NCBI GenBank assembly: GCA_965205975.1
Contig: OZ242195.1
Coordinates: forward strand, 3,392,001 to 3,456,000
DNA from: Candidatus Latescibacterota bacterium
Lineage (GTDB): Bacteria > Latescibacterota > UBA2968
Reading direction: 5' to 3'
DNA: 64,000 bases
This document shows positions 49,706-59,565 of the stretch, piece by piece. The position numbers and the translations under genes were made by a program. The stretch's first letter is position 1, and each line of letters starts with the position of its first letter. The notes under the pieces were generated by a model. It searched no databases. It was not told the DNA's origin and worked only from the letters and a program-made list of their open reading frames with translations.

Positions 49706-51507
49706 GCATTCTATCTTCTCTTGAACGGGCCTATCACCGGCTTGCAAAAGAGGACAAAGTACCGCCAATTGGCTATTCCGATGAGAGGATTGACTATTGC
49801 GTCGTCCTGAATGCCGATGGCCAGCCCGTGGGCCAGCCTGTGGACCTACGAGATCACTCTGGGAGAAGACCTGTAGCACTACCGCACTCAGTTCCGAGAC
49901 CAGAGAAACGAACGGTCAAAATTATTCCTAACTTCCTATGGGACAAGGCATCGTATTCTCTTGGAGCATTAGAAGACATGAAAGACGAGTCACCAGACAA
50001 TAGAGAGCGTCGTGTCGAGCGGGTGGCGGAGCAGTACAAGGCTTTTCAAAACCGGCATCTCGTTGCACTGCAACACGAAAGCGACGCAGGACTTGTGGCT
50101 TGTTATCGTTTCTTGCAATGGTGGAAGCCAGAGTATTTCGACATACGCGGCTGGCCAGACGAAATGAAGGGGGCCAATGTGGTATTCCGATTAGAGGGGG
50201 AACGCAACTTTATTCATGACCGCGACGCTGCACGCCAACTCTGGGCGTCTCAGATGAATCAGTCCCGGAACTCGGACCAAGCTGTTTGCCTGGTGACCGG
50301 AGAAAGATCTTCTATCGCCCGACTACATCCCTCAATCAAAGGGGTGCGTGGTGCCCAGTCTTCAGGCGCATCTATCGTCTCCTTCAATCTCGATGCCTTC
50401 ACCTCCTACGGAAACAAACAGGGCAATAATGCACCGGTAAGCGAAGATGCTGCCGCTGCTTATACATCTGTACTCAATCACTTTCTCCGTACCAATGAAA
50501 ATAGAGTCCAAATCGGTGACAGTTCGACAGTCTTCTGGGCAGATGGCTCGAATGCGAAAGCAGCAGAGGCCATATTTGCCTCCTTCTTCAATGATACAAA
50601 TGAAGAAGGTGACGAAATAAGCGAACAGGCCATCAAGCCCATTCTCGAAAAAATAGCAAGTGGCCGTCCCATGGAAGAAATCCGCCCGGATTTGCCTCAG
50701 GGTGTGCGCTTCTATGTGCTGGGATTGGCTCCCAATGCAGCGCGTATTTCAATTCGCTTCTGGATGGAAGATGACTTTGCGACGCTTTCAGAGCATATCC
50801 TCTGGCACTATCGGGATTTGCGTCTCGACTCGCCGCGCCAGGAGCAACCAAGCATCTGGCGGTGTCTGCTTGAGACCGCCTCGACAAAGGTAAAAAACCG
50901 ATCTGAACATGTACCTCCCCAACTCGCTGGGGATATGCTACGCGCCATATTAACCGGTCACGCCTACCCGCAAACATTATTATCCACAATTCTCATGCGC
51001 TTGCGGTCAGACAAGGCCATAACCGACCTGCGTATAGCCTTACTCAAAGCTGTGATATGCCGTAAACGGCGCATGGCTGGACATTCACAAAAGGAGGATT
51101 TCCTCGTGTCACTCGATCCCACAAACGCCGACCCCGGCTATTTGCTCGGTCGCCTATTTGCTTGTTTTGAATATGCACAAACGCAGGCACTTGGTGGCAA
51201 GGTCAACGCCACGATATGCGATAAGTACTATGGGGCGGCTTCAGCGACGCCCCGGTCTGTATTTCCCATTTTACAACGCAATGCCATGCACCATCTATCG
51301 CGTCTGCGAAAAGATCGAACAGGAACGCATCGCTATATCGACAATGCCATCGCCCAGATTTACGAGTGCGCGGCGGCAGATGCACTGTTTGTACCGACGC
51401 TTGATATGGACCATCAAGCCCTTTTTGCCATTGGCTACTACCACCAGAAAAACGCTTTTTACACGCCCAGAAATGAGGGTAGAAAGAAAAAGGAGAACGA
51501 AGAATGA
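49702..51507 (+). CDS. cas8c: Type I-C Cas8c (Csd1)
   Basis: [35 protein letters not shown]. Confidence 0.95.
   Translation: MSILSSLERAYHRLAKEDKVPPIGYSDERIDYCVVLNADGQPVGQPVDLRDHSGRRPVALPHSVPRPEKRTVKIIPNFLWDKASYSLGALEDMKDESPDNRERRVERVAEQYKAFQNRHLVALQHESDAGLVACYRFLQWWKPEYFDIRGWPDEMKGANVVFRLEGERNFIHDRDAARQLWASQMNQSRNSDQAVCLVTGERSSIARLHPSIKGVRGAQSSGASIVSFNLDAFTSYGNKQGNNAPVSEDAAAAYTSVLNHFLRTNENRVQIGDSSTVFWADGSNAKAAEAIFASFFNDTNEEGDEISEQAIKPILEKIASGRPMEEIRPDLPQGVRFYVLGLAPNAARISIRFWMEDDFATLSEHILWHYRDLRLDSPRQEQPSIWRCLLETASTKVKNRSEHVPPQLAGDMLRAILTGHAYPQTLLSTILMRLRSDKAITDLRIALLKAVICRKRRMAGHSQKEDFLVSLDPTNADPGYLLGRLFACFEYAQTQALGGKVNATICDKYYGAASATPRSVFPILQRNAMHHLSRLRKDRTGTHRYIDNAIAQIYECAAADALFVPTLDMDHQALFAIGYYHQKNAFYTPRNEGRKKKENEE
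51106..51507 (+). CDS. cas11c: Cas11c small subunit from an internal in-frame start in cas8c
   Basis: AAGGAGG (51091-51097) 8 nt before in-frame GTG; product (M)[18 protein letters not shown]...FAIGYYHQ, 133 aa. Confidence 0.8.
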   Translation: MSLDPTNADPGYLLGRLFACFEYAQTQALGGKVNATICDKYYGAASATPRSVFPILQRNAMHHLSRLRKDRTGTHRYIDNAIAQIYECAAADALFVPTLDMDHQALFAIGYYHQKNAFYTPRNEGRKKKENEE

Positions 51508-52469
51508 CAGCACTCAACCACCGCTATGATTTTGTCTATCTATTCGACGTGACCAATGGCAACCCCAATGGTGATCCGGATGCGGGCAATCTACCGCGTC
51601 TCGATCCCGAAACGAACCAGGGATTGGTCTCTGACGTCTGCCTTAAACGCAAAATACGCAACTTCGTCGAACTCGCCAAAAGCGATGAATCTGGCTATGC
51701 TATCTACGTCCAGGAAGGTGCCTTGCTCAACGAACAGCACCGAAAGGCATATCGGGCTGTGCGTCCCGATGACAAAACAGTCGAGAGAGCCACCAGACTA
51801 TCTCCAAAAGAAAATAAAAACAAAAAGATAACAGCAGATGAGGAAATGGATGCCCTGCGCGGCTTCATGTGCGACAACTTCTTTGATGTGCGTACCTTTG
51901 GCGCGGTAATGAGCACCGGTATCAACTGCGGTCAGGTGCGCGGTCCAGTGCAAATGACCTTTGCACGGTCCGTTGATCCCATTGTCCCACTCGAAATGTC
52001 CATTACCCGCATGGCAGCGACCACCGAAAAAGAAAAGCAGGAACGCGAACAGGCCAGTGATGAACCCGCAGGCGATGAACGCATTGAACACCGCACCATG
52101 GGCCGCAAACATATTGTTCCCTACGGGCTGTATCGGGCACACGGATTTATTTCTGCCAAGCTCGCCGAACGCACTGGCTTTTCGCCAGACGACCTCGACC
52201 TTCTATGGATCGCCTTAACACAGATGTTCGAGCACGACCGATCTGCAGCCCGCGGTGAAATGGTCGCCCAACGCCTCATTGCCTTCCGACATGAAAGCGC
52301 ACTCGGCAACGCGCCCGCGCATAAACTTTTTGAACGGGTGCGTGTAGAGCGTGCGGAAAGCAATAACAATGGCGGAATGTCACCACCGGCCCGCCAATTC
52401 TCAGACTATCGAGTATCACTTGACCTGGACGATATGCCAGCGAATGTCGAAGCTATCAATCTGATCTAA
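51504..52469 (+). CDS. cas7c: Type I-C Cas7c (Csd2)
   Basis: [32 protein letters not shown]. Confidence 0.97.
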   Translation: MTALNHRYDFVYLFDVTNGNPNGDPDAGNLPRLDPETNQGLVSDVCLKRKIRNFVELAKSDESGYAIYVQEGALLNEQHRKAYRAVRPDDKTVERATRLSPKENKNKKITADEEMDALRGFMCDNFFDVRTFGAVMSTGINCGQVRGPVQMTFARSVDPIVPLEMSITRMAATTEKEKQEREQASDEPAGDERIEHRTMGRKHIVPYGLYRAHGFISAKLAERTGFSPDDLDLLWIALTQMFEHDRSAARGEMVAQRLIAFRHESALGNAPAHKLFERVRVERAESNNNGGMSPPARQFSDYRVSLDLDDMPANVEAINLI

Positions 52470-52506
52470 AAATCGTGATCTAAAACACATAACAAACGGA
52501 GCAAAA

Positions 52507-53199
52507 ATGACGACAAATAAGGAACCGTTCGGGAGATCGCCCCCCGTCCAAGAATATGAAACGGAACCTATTCCAGTGTCTGCTCTACAACATGCGGTTT
52601 ACTGTCTGCGGCAATGCGCTCTGATCCACCTGGAACGACTTTGGGAGGAAAACCAATTTACTGCTGAAGGCAGGGTACTGCATCAGGTCATTGACCAACC
52701 GAGTTGGCAGCGCAAAGCAGGAGTACGCCAGGTGAGGGCACTTCCGATCTACAACATCCGGCTCAATCTCACAGGCGTCGCTGATCTGGTAGAGTTCCAC
52801 AAAGACCATACAGGTACAACACCGTTTCCGGTCGAGTTCAAACGCGGCAAAGCCAAGGCTCATCGCGCCGACGAGGTGCAACTTTGTGCCCAGGCCCTGT
52901 GCCTTGAGGAAATGACAGGTACAGAGGTGCCGATGGGGGCATTATTCTATAGGCGAACCAAACGGCGAAAGGAAGTAAAATTTGACGCTGAACTTCGCGC
53001 CTTAACCGAAGCAACTGTTGATCAAGTAGCCGCGCTCTTTGCGCGAAGACGCACGCCCCCAGCCGAATACGAAGCAGCCAAATGCCGTGCCTGCTCATTG
53101 CTTGACCAGTGTCGCCCGAAAGAGGTGGTGCGTTCAGCGCTCGCCTGGCGGTTACGCGCTCTGGAATTGCACCTTACCGAACAGGGAGGATATCAATGA
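52507..53199 (+). CDS. cas4: Cas4
   Basis: YCLRQ, ADLVE, VEFKRG, QLCAQALCLEEM, CRACSLLDQC. Confidence 0.95.
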   Translation: MTTNKEPFGRSPPVQEYETEPIPVSALQHAVYCLRQCALIHLERLWEENQFTAEGRVLHQVIDQPSWQRKAGVRQVRALPIYNIRLNLTGVADLVEFHKDHTGTTPFPVEFKRGKAKAHRADEVQLCAQALCLEEMTGTEVPMGALFYRRTKRRKEVKFDAELRALTEATVDQVAALFARRRTPPAEYEAAKCRACSLLDQCRPKEVVRSALAWRLRALELHLTEQGGYQ

Positions 53200-54230
53200 G
53201 ACGGTTGCTCAATACGCTCTATGTCACCACACCCGGGGCGCGTCTGGTCAAAAATGGCGAGAATCTGGTCGCAGAAGTTGAAGATGAGGAACGCGTTAGA
53301 GTGCCGTTCCACATGCTGGGTTCCGTGGTCGTGTTCGGCAGCATCTATATATCTCCACCCTTAATTCAAGCCTGCGCTTCCGGTGGCATCACTCTGGTAC
53401 TCTTAAGTCGGTTTGGTCGATTTCAAGCTCGAGTCGAGGGACCAGTCTCAGGCAATGTTCTGCTGCGTCGCGCACAGTATCGGGTAAGTGAGACACCTAT
53501 AGAAATCGTCCGCAGCATCCTCGTCGGCAAAATCGCCAATCAGAGAAACGTCCTGCAAAGAGCAATGCGGGACTACCGCAACGATCTTGAGCCTTCTGGT
53601 CGTGAGGCTCTGTCTGCCGTGACGAATCGACTCGCGCAAATCGTACGACGCATCAGCAATGACCAAAACAGTATTGATAGACTGCGCGGTTTTGAAGGTG
53701 AGGCCGCACGCCTCTATTTTTCAGTTTTTAGCCACCTGATCCGCGCACCCGATCCAGAGATGGCATTCGATGGTCGCAATCGCCGTCCACCGCGTGATCC
53801 GATGAACGCCCTGCTCTCGTTTCTCTATACGCTCCTCGTCCACGATTGCAGATCAGCCGCTGAAAGCGTGGGCATGGATCCAGCCGTGGGCTTTTTTCAC
53901 AGAGATCGGCCAGGCCGGCCGAGTCTCGCGCTGGACCTTATGGAAGAACTCAGGCCGGTTCTCGCTGACCGACTCGCGTTGTCACTGGTCAATCGCCAAC
54001 AACTTCGCGCTAAAGACTTCCAAACTCGAGAAGGTGGTACCGTCGTGATGAGCGACGACGCTCGCAAGACGGTTCTTAGTGCGTGGCAGGAACGAAAGCG
54101 TGTGATGCGCCGTCATCCTTTTATTGGAGAACAGGCACCGCTCGGACTGGTTCCCTACCTTCAAGCACAACTGTTAGCCCGGCACCTTCGCGGCGATTTA
54201 GACGCCCACCCACCGTGGTTTTGGAAATAA
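53196..54230 (+). CDS. cas1: Type I-C Cas1
   Basis: GGAGG RBS, MRRLLNTLYVT, GNVLLRR, LRGFEG, RRPPRD, LALDLMEE. Confidence 0.97.
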   Translation: MRRLLNTLYVTTPGARLVKNGENLVAEVEDEERVRVPFHMLGSVVVFGSIYISPPLIQACASGGITLVLLSRFGRFQARVEGPVSGNVLLRRAQYRVSETPIEIVRSILVGKIANQRNVLQRAMRDYRNDLEPSGREALSAVTNRLAQIVRRISNDQNSIDRLRGFEGEAARLYFSVFSHLIRAPDPEMAFDGRNRRPPRDPMNALLSFLYTLLVHDCRSAAESVGMDPAVGFFHRDRPGRPSLALDLMEELRPVLADRLALSLVNRQQLRAKDFQTREGGTVVMSDDARKTVLSAWQERKRVMRRHPFIGEQAPLGLVPYLQAQLLARHLRGDLDAHPPWFWK

Positions 54231-54242
54231 GGATATTCAACT

Positions 54243-54533
54243 ATGATGGTTCTCGTTACTTATGATGTCTCAACTACCACTACCGATGGTCCAAAACGTT
54301 TGCGGCATGTTGCCAAGGCGTGTCGCGACTTTGGACAAAGAGTGCAGTTCTCAGTGTTTGAAATCGAAGTCGATCCAGCACAATGGACTGCCTTGAAAGC
54401 ACGTCTTGAGACGATTATTGATCCAGAGACCGATAGTCTCAGGTATTATTTTCTCGGAACGAATTGGAAACGCCGTGTCGAACATGTCGGTGCCAAACCG
54501 GCTACTGATCTGAGCGGGACACTGATCGTGTGA
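54243..54533 (+). CDS. cas2: Cas2
   Basis: [21 protein letters not shown]. Confidence 0.97.
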   Translation: MMVLVTYDVSTTTTDGPKRLRHVAKACRDFGQRVQFSVFEIEVDPAQWTALKARLETIIDPETDSLRYYFLGTNWKRRVEHVGAKPATDLSGTLIV

Positions 54534-54725
54534 GGTGTCTAAGCCCAGCGCGAACCATAAGCAGTCAGACAAATACAGGGAGGTCCGCACTTTGTCTAAC
54601 TTATTGAAAATTAGAAAAATTGGAGACACTCTCTTTACGGATGATAGGGATTTAGAGTTATGAATCACTCCCTTCGCGCAAGTATAGCTCGAACCTATTG
54701 TAACACAATGAATTAGATTGTAACA
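54534..54725 (+). promoter_or_regulatory. CRISPR leader
   Basis: AT-rich stretch between cas2 and the first repeat, with GCGCGAACC and TTCGCGCA motifs typical of I-C leaders. Confidence 0.75.
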
Positions 54726-56981
54726 GTCGCTCCCTACATGGGGGCGTGGATTGAAACCCCAGATCGAAGCGTCTATAAATCGTCTCAACAAGGTCGCTCC
54801 CTACATGGGGGCGTGGATTGAAACGTCAACATCATTAGAGATACCACGCACACCAAACGTCGCTCCCTACATGGGGGCGTGGATTGAAAAACCCTTGCTT
54901 CCTGTGTCGCTCCCTACATGGGGGCGTGGATTGAAACTACGACAACCCGTATGTGAAGATGATGATGGGCAGGTCGCTCCCTACATGGGGGCGTGGATTG
55001 AAACAGATGTCGATATTGACTTGGGCTTCTCCATGTGGTCGCTCCCTACATGGGGGCGTGGATTGAAACACATCGGCACTTGGGTTCAAGTTTCGCGTGG
55101 GTGGTCGCTCCCTACATGGGGGCGTGGATTGAAACTCGTATGGCGTCGTTGTATGTGTGTCCCGATTCGGTCGCTCCCTACATGGGGGCGTGGATTGAAA
55201 CAGATATTTCGTCATACGCGCCGAGAGAATCATTCGTCGCTCCCTACATGGGGGCGTGGATTGAAACAAGATCATTCCCGCAGCCATTGATGCAGGTGTC
55301 GTCGCTCCCTACATGGGGGCGTGGATTGAAACCGGTCGGGGTGTTGGTATATCGTGGCAGAATGGCGTCGCTCCCTACATGGGGGCGTGGATTGAAACTT
55401 TCAAATAGCGGGGGTGTTCGCGCCCGTCGTCATGTCGCTCCCTACATGGGGGCGTGGATTGAAACGTGCAGTACCCGGGCCAGCTTATGAGCGTCGCGCG
55501 TCGCTCCCTACATGGGGGCGTGGATTGAAACACAGGCAGGGTTGCCCTGTTGCCGGTGGTCAAGGTCGCTCCCTACATGGGGGCGTGGATTGAAACCTGT
55601 CTCAAGAGCGCGACAATGGTATGGTACACCGTCGCTCCCTACATGGGGGCGTGGATTGAAACAGCTAAACAAGCTAAAGGCTGGCGATGATATGTCGTCG
55701 CTCCCTACATGGGGGCGTGGATTGAAACCACATCGACTTGGGCGAACAATCCTTGACCGCAAGGTCGCTCCCTACATGGGGGCGTGGATTGAAACAAAAG
55801 CGGACAAGCGGTGACGATTACCACGTCGAGTCGCTCCCTACATGGGGGCGTGGATTGAAACTGTCCCGCCTGTGTAGAATACGCCACCATATTCGTCGCT
55901 CCCTACATGGGGGCGTGGATTGAAACCATAGGGATGTTCTCGCGCCACCTGATTGATGTTGTCGCTCCCTACATGGGGGCGTGGATTGAAACTCCACCAG
56001 TTCGGGTGTCCAGTCATTGGGTAGCGTCGCTCCCTACATGGGGGCGTGGATTGAAACATTGCACCTGTCCAGTAGCCAGGGATGCCAAAGAGTCGCTCCC
56101 TACATGGGGGCGTGGATTGAAACTGAATGAGGAAAACCACCGCACTACCGGGCACGGGTCGCTCCCTACATGGGGGCGTGGATTGAAACCATTTTGGGTC
56201 GGGATGGTCGCCGTGACTCGACAGTCGCTCCCTACATGGGGGCGTGGATTGAAACATATTCCGTGATACTCCATATTGTTTTCGTGAAGTCGCTCCCTAC
56301 ATGGGGGCGTGGATTGAAACCGCAATTTGGTATCAGAACAGAAGCCGACTTGATGGTCGCTCCCTACATGGGGGCGTGGATTGAAACATTCATTGTCAAC
56401 CGCTTAATCTCGCATGCGATAGTCGCTCCCTACATGGGGGCGTGGATTGAAACAGTCTCCAATGAACAGATAACCTAAACCTCGCAGGGTCGCTCCCTAC
56501 ATGGGGGCGTGGATTGAAACATAACAGAATCCTCCTGTGAAAAATTACACTGGCGGTCGCTCCCTACATGGGGGCGTGGATTGAAACCAATCGGGATCAG
56601 CAGAAGGGTTTACAAGATGGTGTCGCTCCCTACATGGGGGCGTGGATTGAAACTGGTACAACATACAGAGCAAGAATGGTCCAACAAGTCGCTCCCTACA
56701 TGGGGGCGTGGATTGAAACATCTATTGATACTCCAAAGTCACCAGCAGGAATAGTCGCTCCCTACATGGGGGCGTGGATTGAAACGAGTCGATGCGCGCC
56801 TGTTTTCGTGTGTCGATGCGGTCACTCCCTACACGGGAGTGTGGATTGAAACTTCATCCGTGTCTATTATGATGTCGTGACAGACAGTCGATTCCTTCCT
56901 GGGAGCGTGGATCGAAACAGCCACAGGCACGTTGCCTTTGTCTCTCCGTGCGGCACTCCTTTATGGGGTGGGGATTAAAAC
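54726..56981 (+). CRISPR. Type I-C CRISPR array: 35 repeats (32 consensus-type + 3 degenerate distal), 34 spacers
   Basis: 32-nt repeat GTCGCTCCCTACATGGGGGCGTGGATTGAAAC; spacers 33-35 nt except spacer 3 (15 nt); degeneracy at the leader-distal end gives orientation. Confidence 0.98.
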
Positions 56982-57093
56982 GCTTTTTCAGCATCCCCCT
57001 CCAGCCAAAGTTAGAGCGTGATCGCTTATGATATTTTCCATGGACATGAGATAGTGCGGGAACGACAGGGATAAAGTCAGGGGAAGCGCGGTT

Positions 57094-57330
57094 GTGGATT
57101 TTGATATTCTTGGAGAAATTACGCAGATCGAACCCATTGCCAGAGGAACGGGTGTGCGTGACCGGGCGCGATTGCGAAAACGATATGGTCCAGGCAGGTG
57201 GCGCAAACTTAAGGGGGTGGCACGCGTACGCTTACTTGACAACAGTATAAGGCTTGCCGAAATTCATTGGTACGAAGCACATGGCATTGGCAAAAAAGAA
57301 TTTAAACTCAAACTTCCCTTTCTTGGTTGA
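57094..57330 (+). CDS. Small basic protein, putative toxin (WRKLKG...AEIHWYEAHGIGK)
   Basis: 78-aa basic ORF tightly coupled to a small acidic partner domain; TA role is inference. Confidence 0.7.
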   Translation: MDFDILGEITQIEPIARGTGVRDRARLRKRYGPGRWRKLKGVARVRLLDNSIRLAEIHWYEAHGIGKKEFKLKLPFLG

Positions 57331-57332
57331 TT

Positions 57333-58154
57333 ATGAAAAGAAATAATCTTACACAACAATTTGCCCTCTGCATCAATAATGAGGGATACGAGGCGTCTCT
57401 TGAAGTGGGTAAAGTTTATCGCATCATTCCCGATGACGAAGCCTCTGCTCATGGCTATATTCGCATCATTGATGAAAGCGGTGAAGATTATGCTTTTGGT
57501 GACCACCGCTTTCATCGCGTTGACCGGCCCGATGCAGTTGGTGAGATGTTGATCTACACAGTAAGTATAGATAAGGAAAAGAATTATATGCTTGATATTC
57601 ACGGCCTTATGGCGGACTTAGCCAAGTACCGTCCGCGTTTTGAATCAGAGAAAGATTTCAAACATGCTCTCGAGAGGCAGATTCGCAAGACGATGCCAAA
57701 TAGCAATCCTCACTTGGAGTATAAAATAAAAAATATGCGCTTGGACATCTATCTTCCGACTGAAAGAATTGCAATTGAGTTGAAGTATCGTTTTCGAGGC
57801 AGACAATATGCTGGACGGTACAAGTTCCTCAAAGACATCGAGAAACTTGAAAGGGTAGTCGCAGATGGAAAAGCCAAGTCAGGATTTGCAATTCTGTTAA
57901 CAAACGAGCCACCATTTTGGGATCAAAAACGTTCTCGGAAACCAAATCCTATTGATGCTGACTTTCACATTTATGAAGGCCGGAGAGTAACAGGCGAGTT
58001 GACGTGGGCGGCTCATACCAGTCCAAGTACAATGAAGGACATGGAAGAACCGATTAGTCTAAAAGATTCATATCGTTTGCGCTGGCGAGATTACTCAAGT
58101 TTTGGAACAGGAAAAAACCAACTGTCCCGGTATCTCGTAGTCCCGGTTAAATGA
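57333..58154 (+). CDS. In-frame fusion of putative antitoxin (YEASLEVGKVY...IIDESGEDY) and PD-(D/E)xK-like nuclease (probable own start at 57588)
   Basis: Both halves paralogous to 45211-45401 and 45728-46336; AAGGA RBS before ATG 57588. Confidence 0.7.
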   Translation: MKRNNLTQQFALCINNEGYEASLEVGKVYRIIPDDEASAHGYIRIIDESGEDYAFGDHRFHRVDRPDAVGEMLIYTVSIDKEKNYMLDIHGLMADLAKYRPRFESEKDFKHALERQIRKTMPNSNPHLEYKIKNMRLDIYLPTERIAIELKYRFRGRQYAGRYKFLKDIEKLERVVADGKAKSGFAILLTNEPPFWDQKRSRKPNPIDADFHIYEGRRVTGELTWAAHTSPSTMKDMEEPISLKDSYRLRWRDYSSFGTGKNQLSRYLVVPVK

Positions 58155-58276
58155 GGTTTATAGTTTAAAACTGGGTGTACTGATTATAAAGAGTTCCTGA
58201 ACACATAAGACAGAAAAGGGCGTGCGATTCGGTCTCGCACGCCCTTTGTGTATTAAAGTGAGACTGTCCGTTCTGA

Positions 58277-58486
58277 TCATGACACCCACTTGAGCTTTTT
58301 TTTGGTCTGGACGCAATCCCGGAGATACAGATTGATCAAACTCTGGTATGGAATACCTGTTTCGTCCGCCAAATCTTTAAAATATACAATCACATCCATT
58401 CCCAAACGAAGCGTAACCTGCTTCGTAAGATGCTTTGCATAGGGATTCTTGATGGATTTAGAAAAGTCGTATTCTGTTTTCATCAT
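58277..58486 (-). CDS. BrnA/CopG-like antitoxin (orphan)
   Basis: EYDFSK...NPYAK...VTLRL...YFK...GIPYQSLINLYLRDC. Confidence 0.85.
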   Translation of the reverse strand: MMKTEYDFSKSIKNPYAKHLTKQVTLRLGMDVIVYFKDLADETGIPYQSLINLYLRDCVQTKKKLKWVS

Positions 58487-58593
58487 ATGTAACACACAGC
58501 CTCATTGAATATCTCAACCTCGATCTCTTTCCCAAAGCCGCATCAAATACGTATGACACTCTTCGACTCTTTTAGAGATTCGGAATCTCGAAA

Positions 58594-58767
58594 TTACTCA
58601 CTTTTGGTTTCTGGCAACTTATAATCCGTTTTTTCCATTCGGTCACGACCGCGGATCAGAGCACCATAGATATTGTCGATAAATTTACTTTTTTTTGCTT
58701 CAATTCGATCCCGCCCCCTGATTAATTGCTCTCCTAACGAGGTGTTAGCAGTGCGTCTATAAGCCAT
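58594..58767 (-). CDS. Small basic hypothetical protein (57 aa) with duplicated LIRGRDR
   Basis: AAGGAG RBS before ATG 58767; internal repeat. Confidence 0.55.
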   Translation of the reverse strand: MAYRRTANTSLGEQLIRGRDRIEAKKSKFIDNIYGALIRGRDRMEKTDYKLPETKSE

Positions 58768-58816
58768 CTTGTCTCCTTTCCTTAATGTGGCCTTAATATA
58801 ACAAAGTGCTACTGAG

Positions 58817-59053
58817 CTATAATTTATCATATTCTTCAGGCTCTACATCTGGCACATTTGCCAAAACTGCTTCAAACTTCTGGCGGCTACCTCGCTTGGC
58901 GCGCTCTTTCAGATACTCAACCGTCGCCAAAGACGACATCTTCTCCGCCACTGCAAGGGTGATAAACTGATTCATAGAAATCCCCTCCTCCGCTGCCATT
59001 TGCTTAATACGCTTATGCAGTGAATCGGGCAATCGAATACTTAACGTACTCAT
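58817..59053 (-). CDS. Ribbon-helix-helix (HicB-like) antitoxin
   Basis: LSIRLPDSLH...EGISMNQFITLAVAEK; ATGA overlap with the PIN gene. Confidence 0.88.
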   Translation of the reverse strand: MSTLSIRLPDSLHKRIKQMAAEEGISMNQFITLAVAEKMSSLATVEYLKERAKRGSRQKFEAVLANVPDVEPEEYDKL

Positions 59054-59478
59054 GATAAAACTCCTATTCTTTCAAGAAATTCTTTAGTGGTTACCACCTC
59101 AATGCCAAACATCTCCGCACCGCGAAAGTCCCGTTTGTTGTATGTCACGATATACTTACAGCCTGCCTTGACAGCCAAATCCAAAAGCATATCATCTTGT
59201 GGATCTGGCAAGTAAGGCCGCCAGAGGAAATATATCTCATGCAAATTGGCTATCGAACACAGATAATCAAGAAAATCTGCAATACCGTCCTGCGTAATAT
59301 GTAAACGGTGTCTCTGGCGCCGCAGGACCTCTTCGTATTGAAAAACGAGGGGCACCGAAAGATTGATCTCAAATGGAGCCTTGTCAATTAAAGAGATCAG
59401 CTTAAAGGAGGCACCCCGTTTAGAGCGAAGTGCTGTGACCACGATGTTGGTATCCAAGACAATCTGAGTTGGCTCCAT
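59050..59478 (-). CDS. PIN-domain toxin
   Basis: VLDTNI, YEEVL, DPQDDMLL, VTYNKRDF. Confidence 0.9.
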   Translation of the reverse strand: MEPTQIVLDTNIVVTALRSKRGASFKLISLIDKAPFEINLSVPLVFQYEEVLRRQRHRLHITQDGIADFLDYLCSIANLHEIYFLWRPYLPDPQDDMLLDLAVKAGCKYIVTYNKRDFRGAEMFGIEVVTTKEFLERIGVLS

Positions 59479-59480
59479 AA

Positions 59481-59513
59481 TGGTATTATACATAATACCA
59501 AACATCTTGGCAA
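59481..59513 (-). promoter_or_regulatory. TA promoter with overlapping palindromic operator
   Basis: TTGCCA-17-TATAAT ending 6 nt before ATG; TGGTATTAT-AC-ATAATACCA palindrome at 59481-59500. Confidence 0.75.
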
Positions 59514-59565
59514 TAGGCAGAACTCACTCCTCCCTCGATGAGAGAAACGAAGCAGTCCTACCACA

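Noticed and set aside
52462..52486. Short tandem duplication TGATCTAAAA at the cas7 stop
   Set aside because: 10-nt duplication with no repeat-like structure; probably slippage
54351..56849. ORFs with VAPYMGAWIET / SLPTWGRGLK / FQSTPPCRER repeats
   Set aside because: Translations of the CRISPR repeat, not genes
54758..56951. Self-targeting or duplicated spacers
   Set aside because: No match to the window or between spacers beyond 7-8 nt by eye; needs BLAST against the whole genome
59491..59500. CATAATACCA shared between the sequence after the cas3-cas5 lone repeat and the PIN promoter (possible guide-target pair)
   Set aside because: Only 10 nt, first two seed positions mismatch and no TTC PAM
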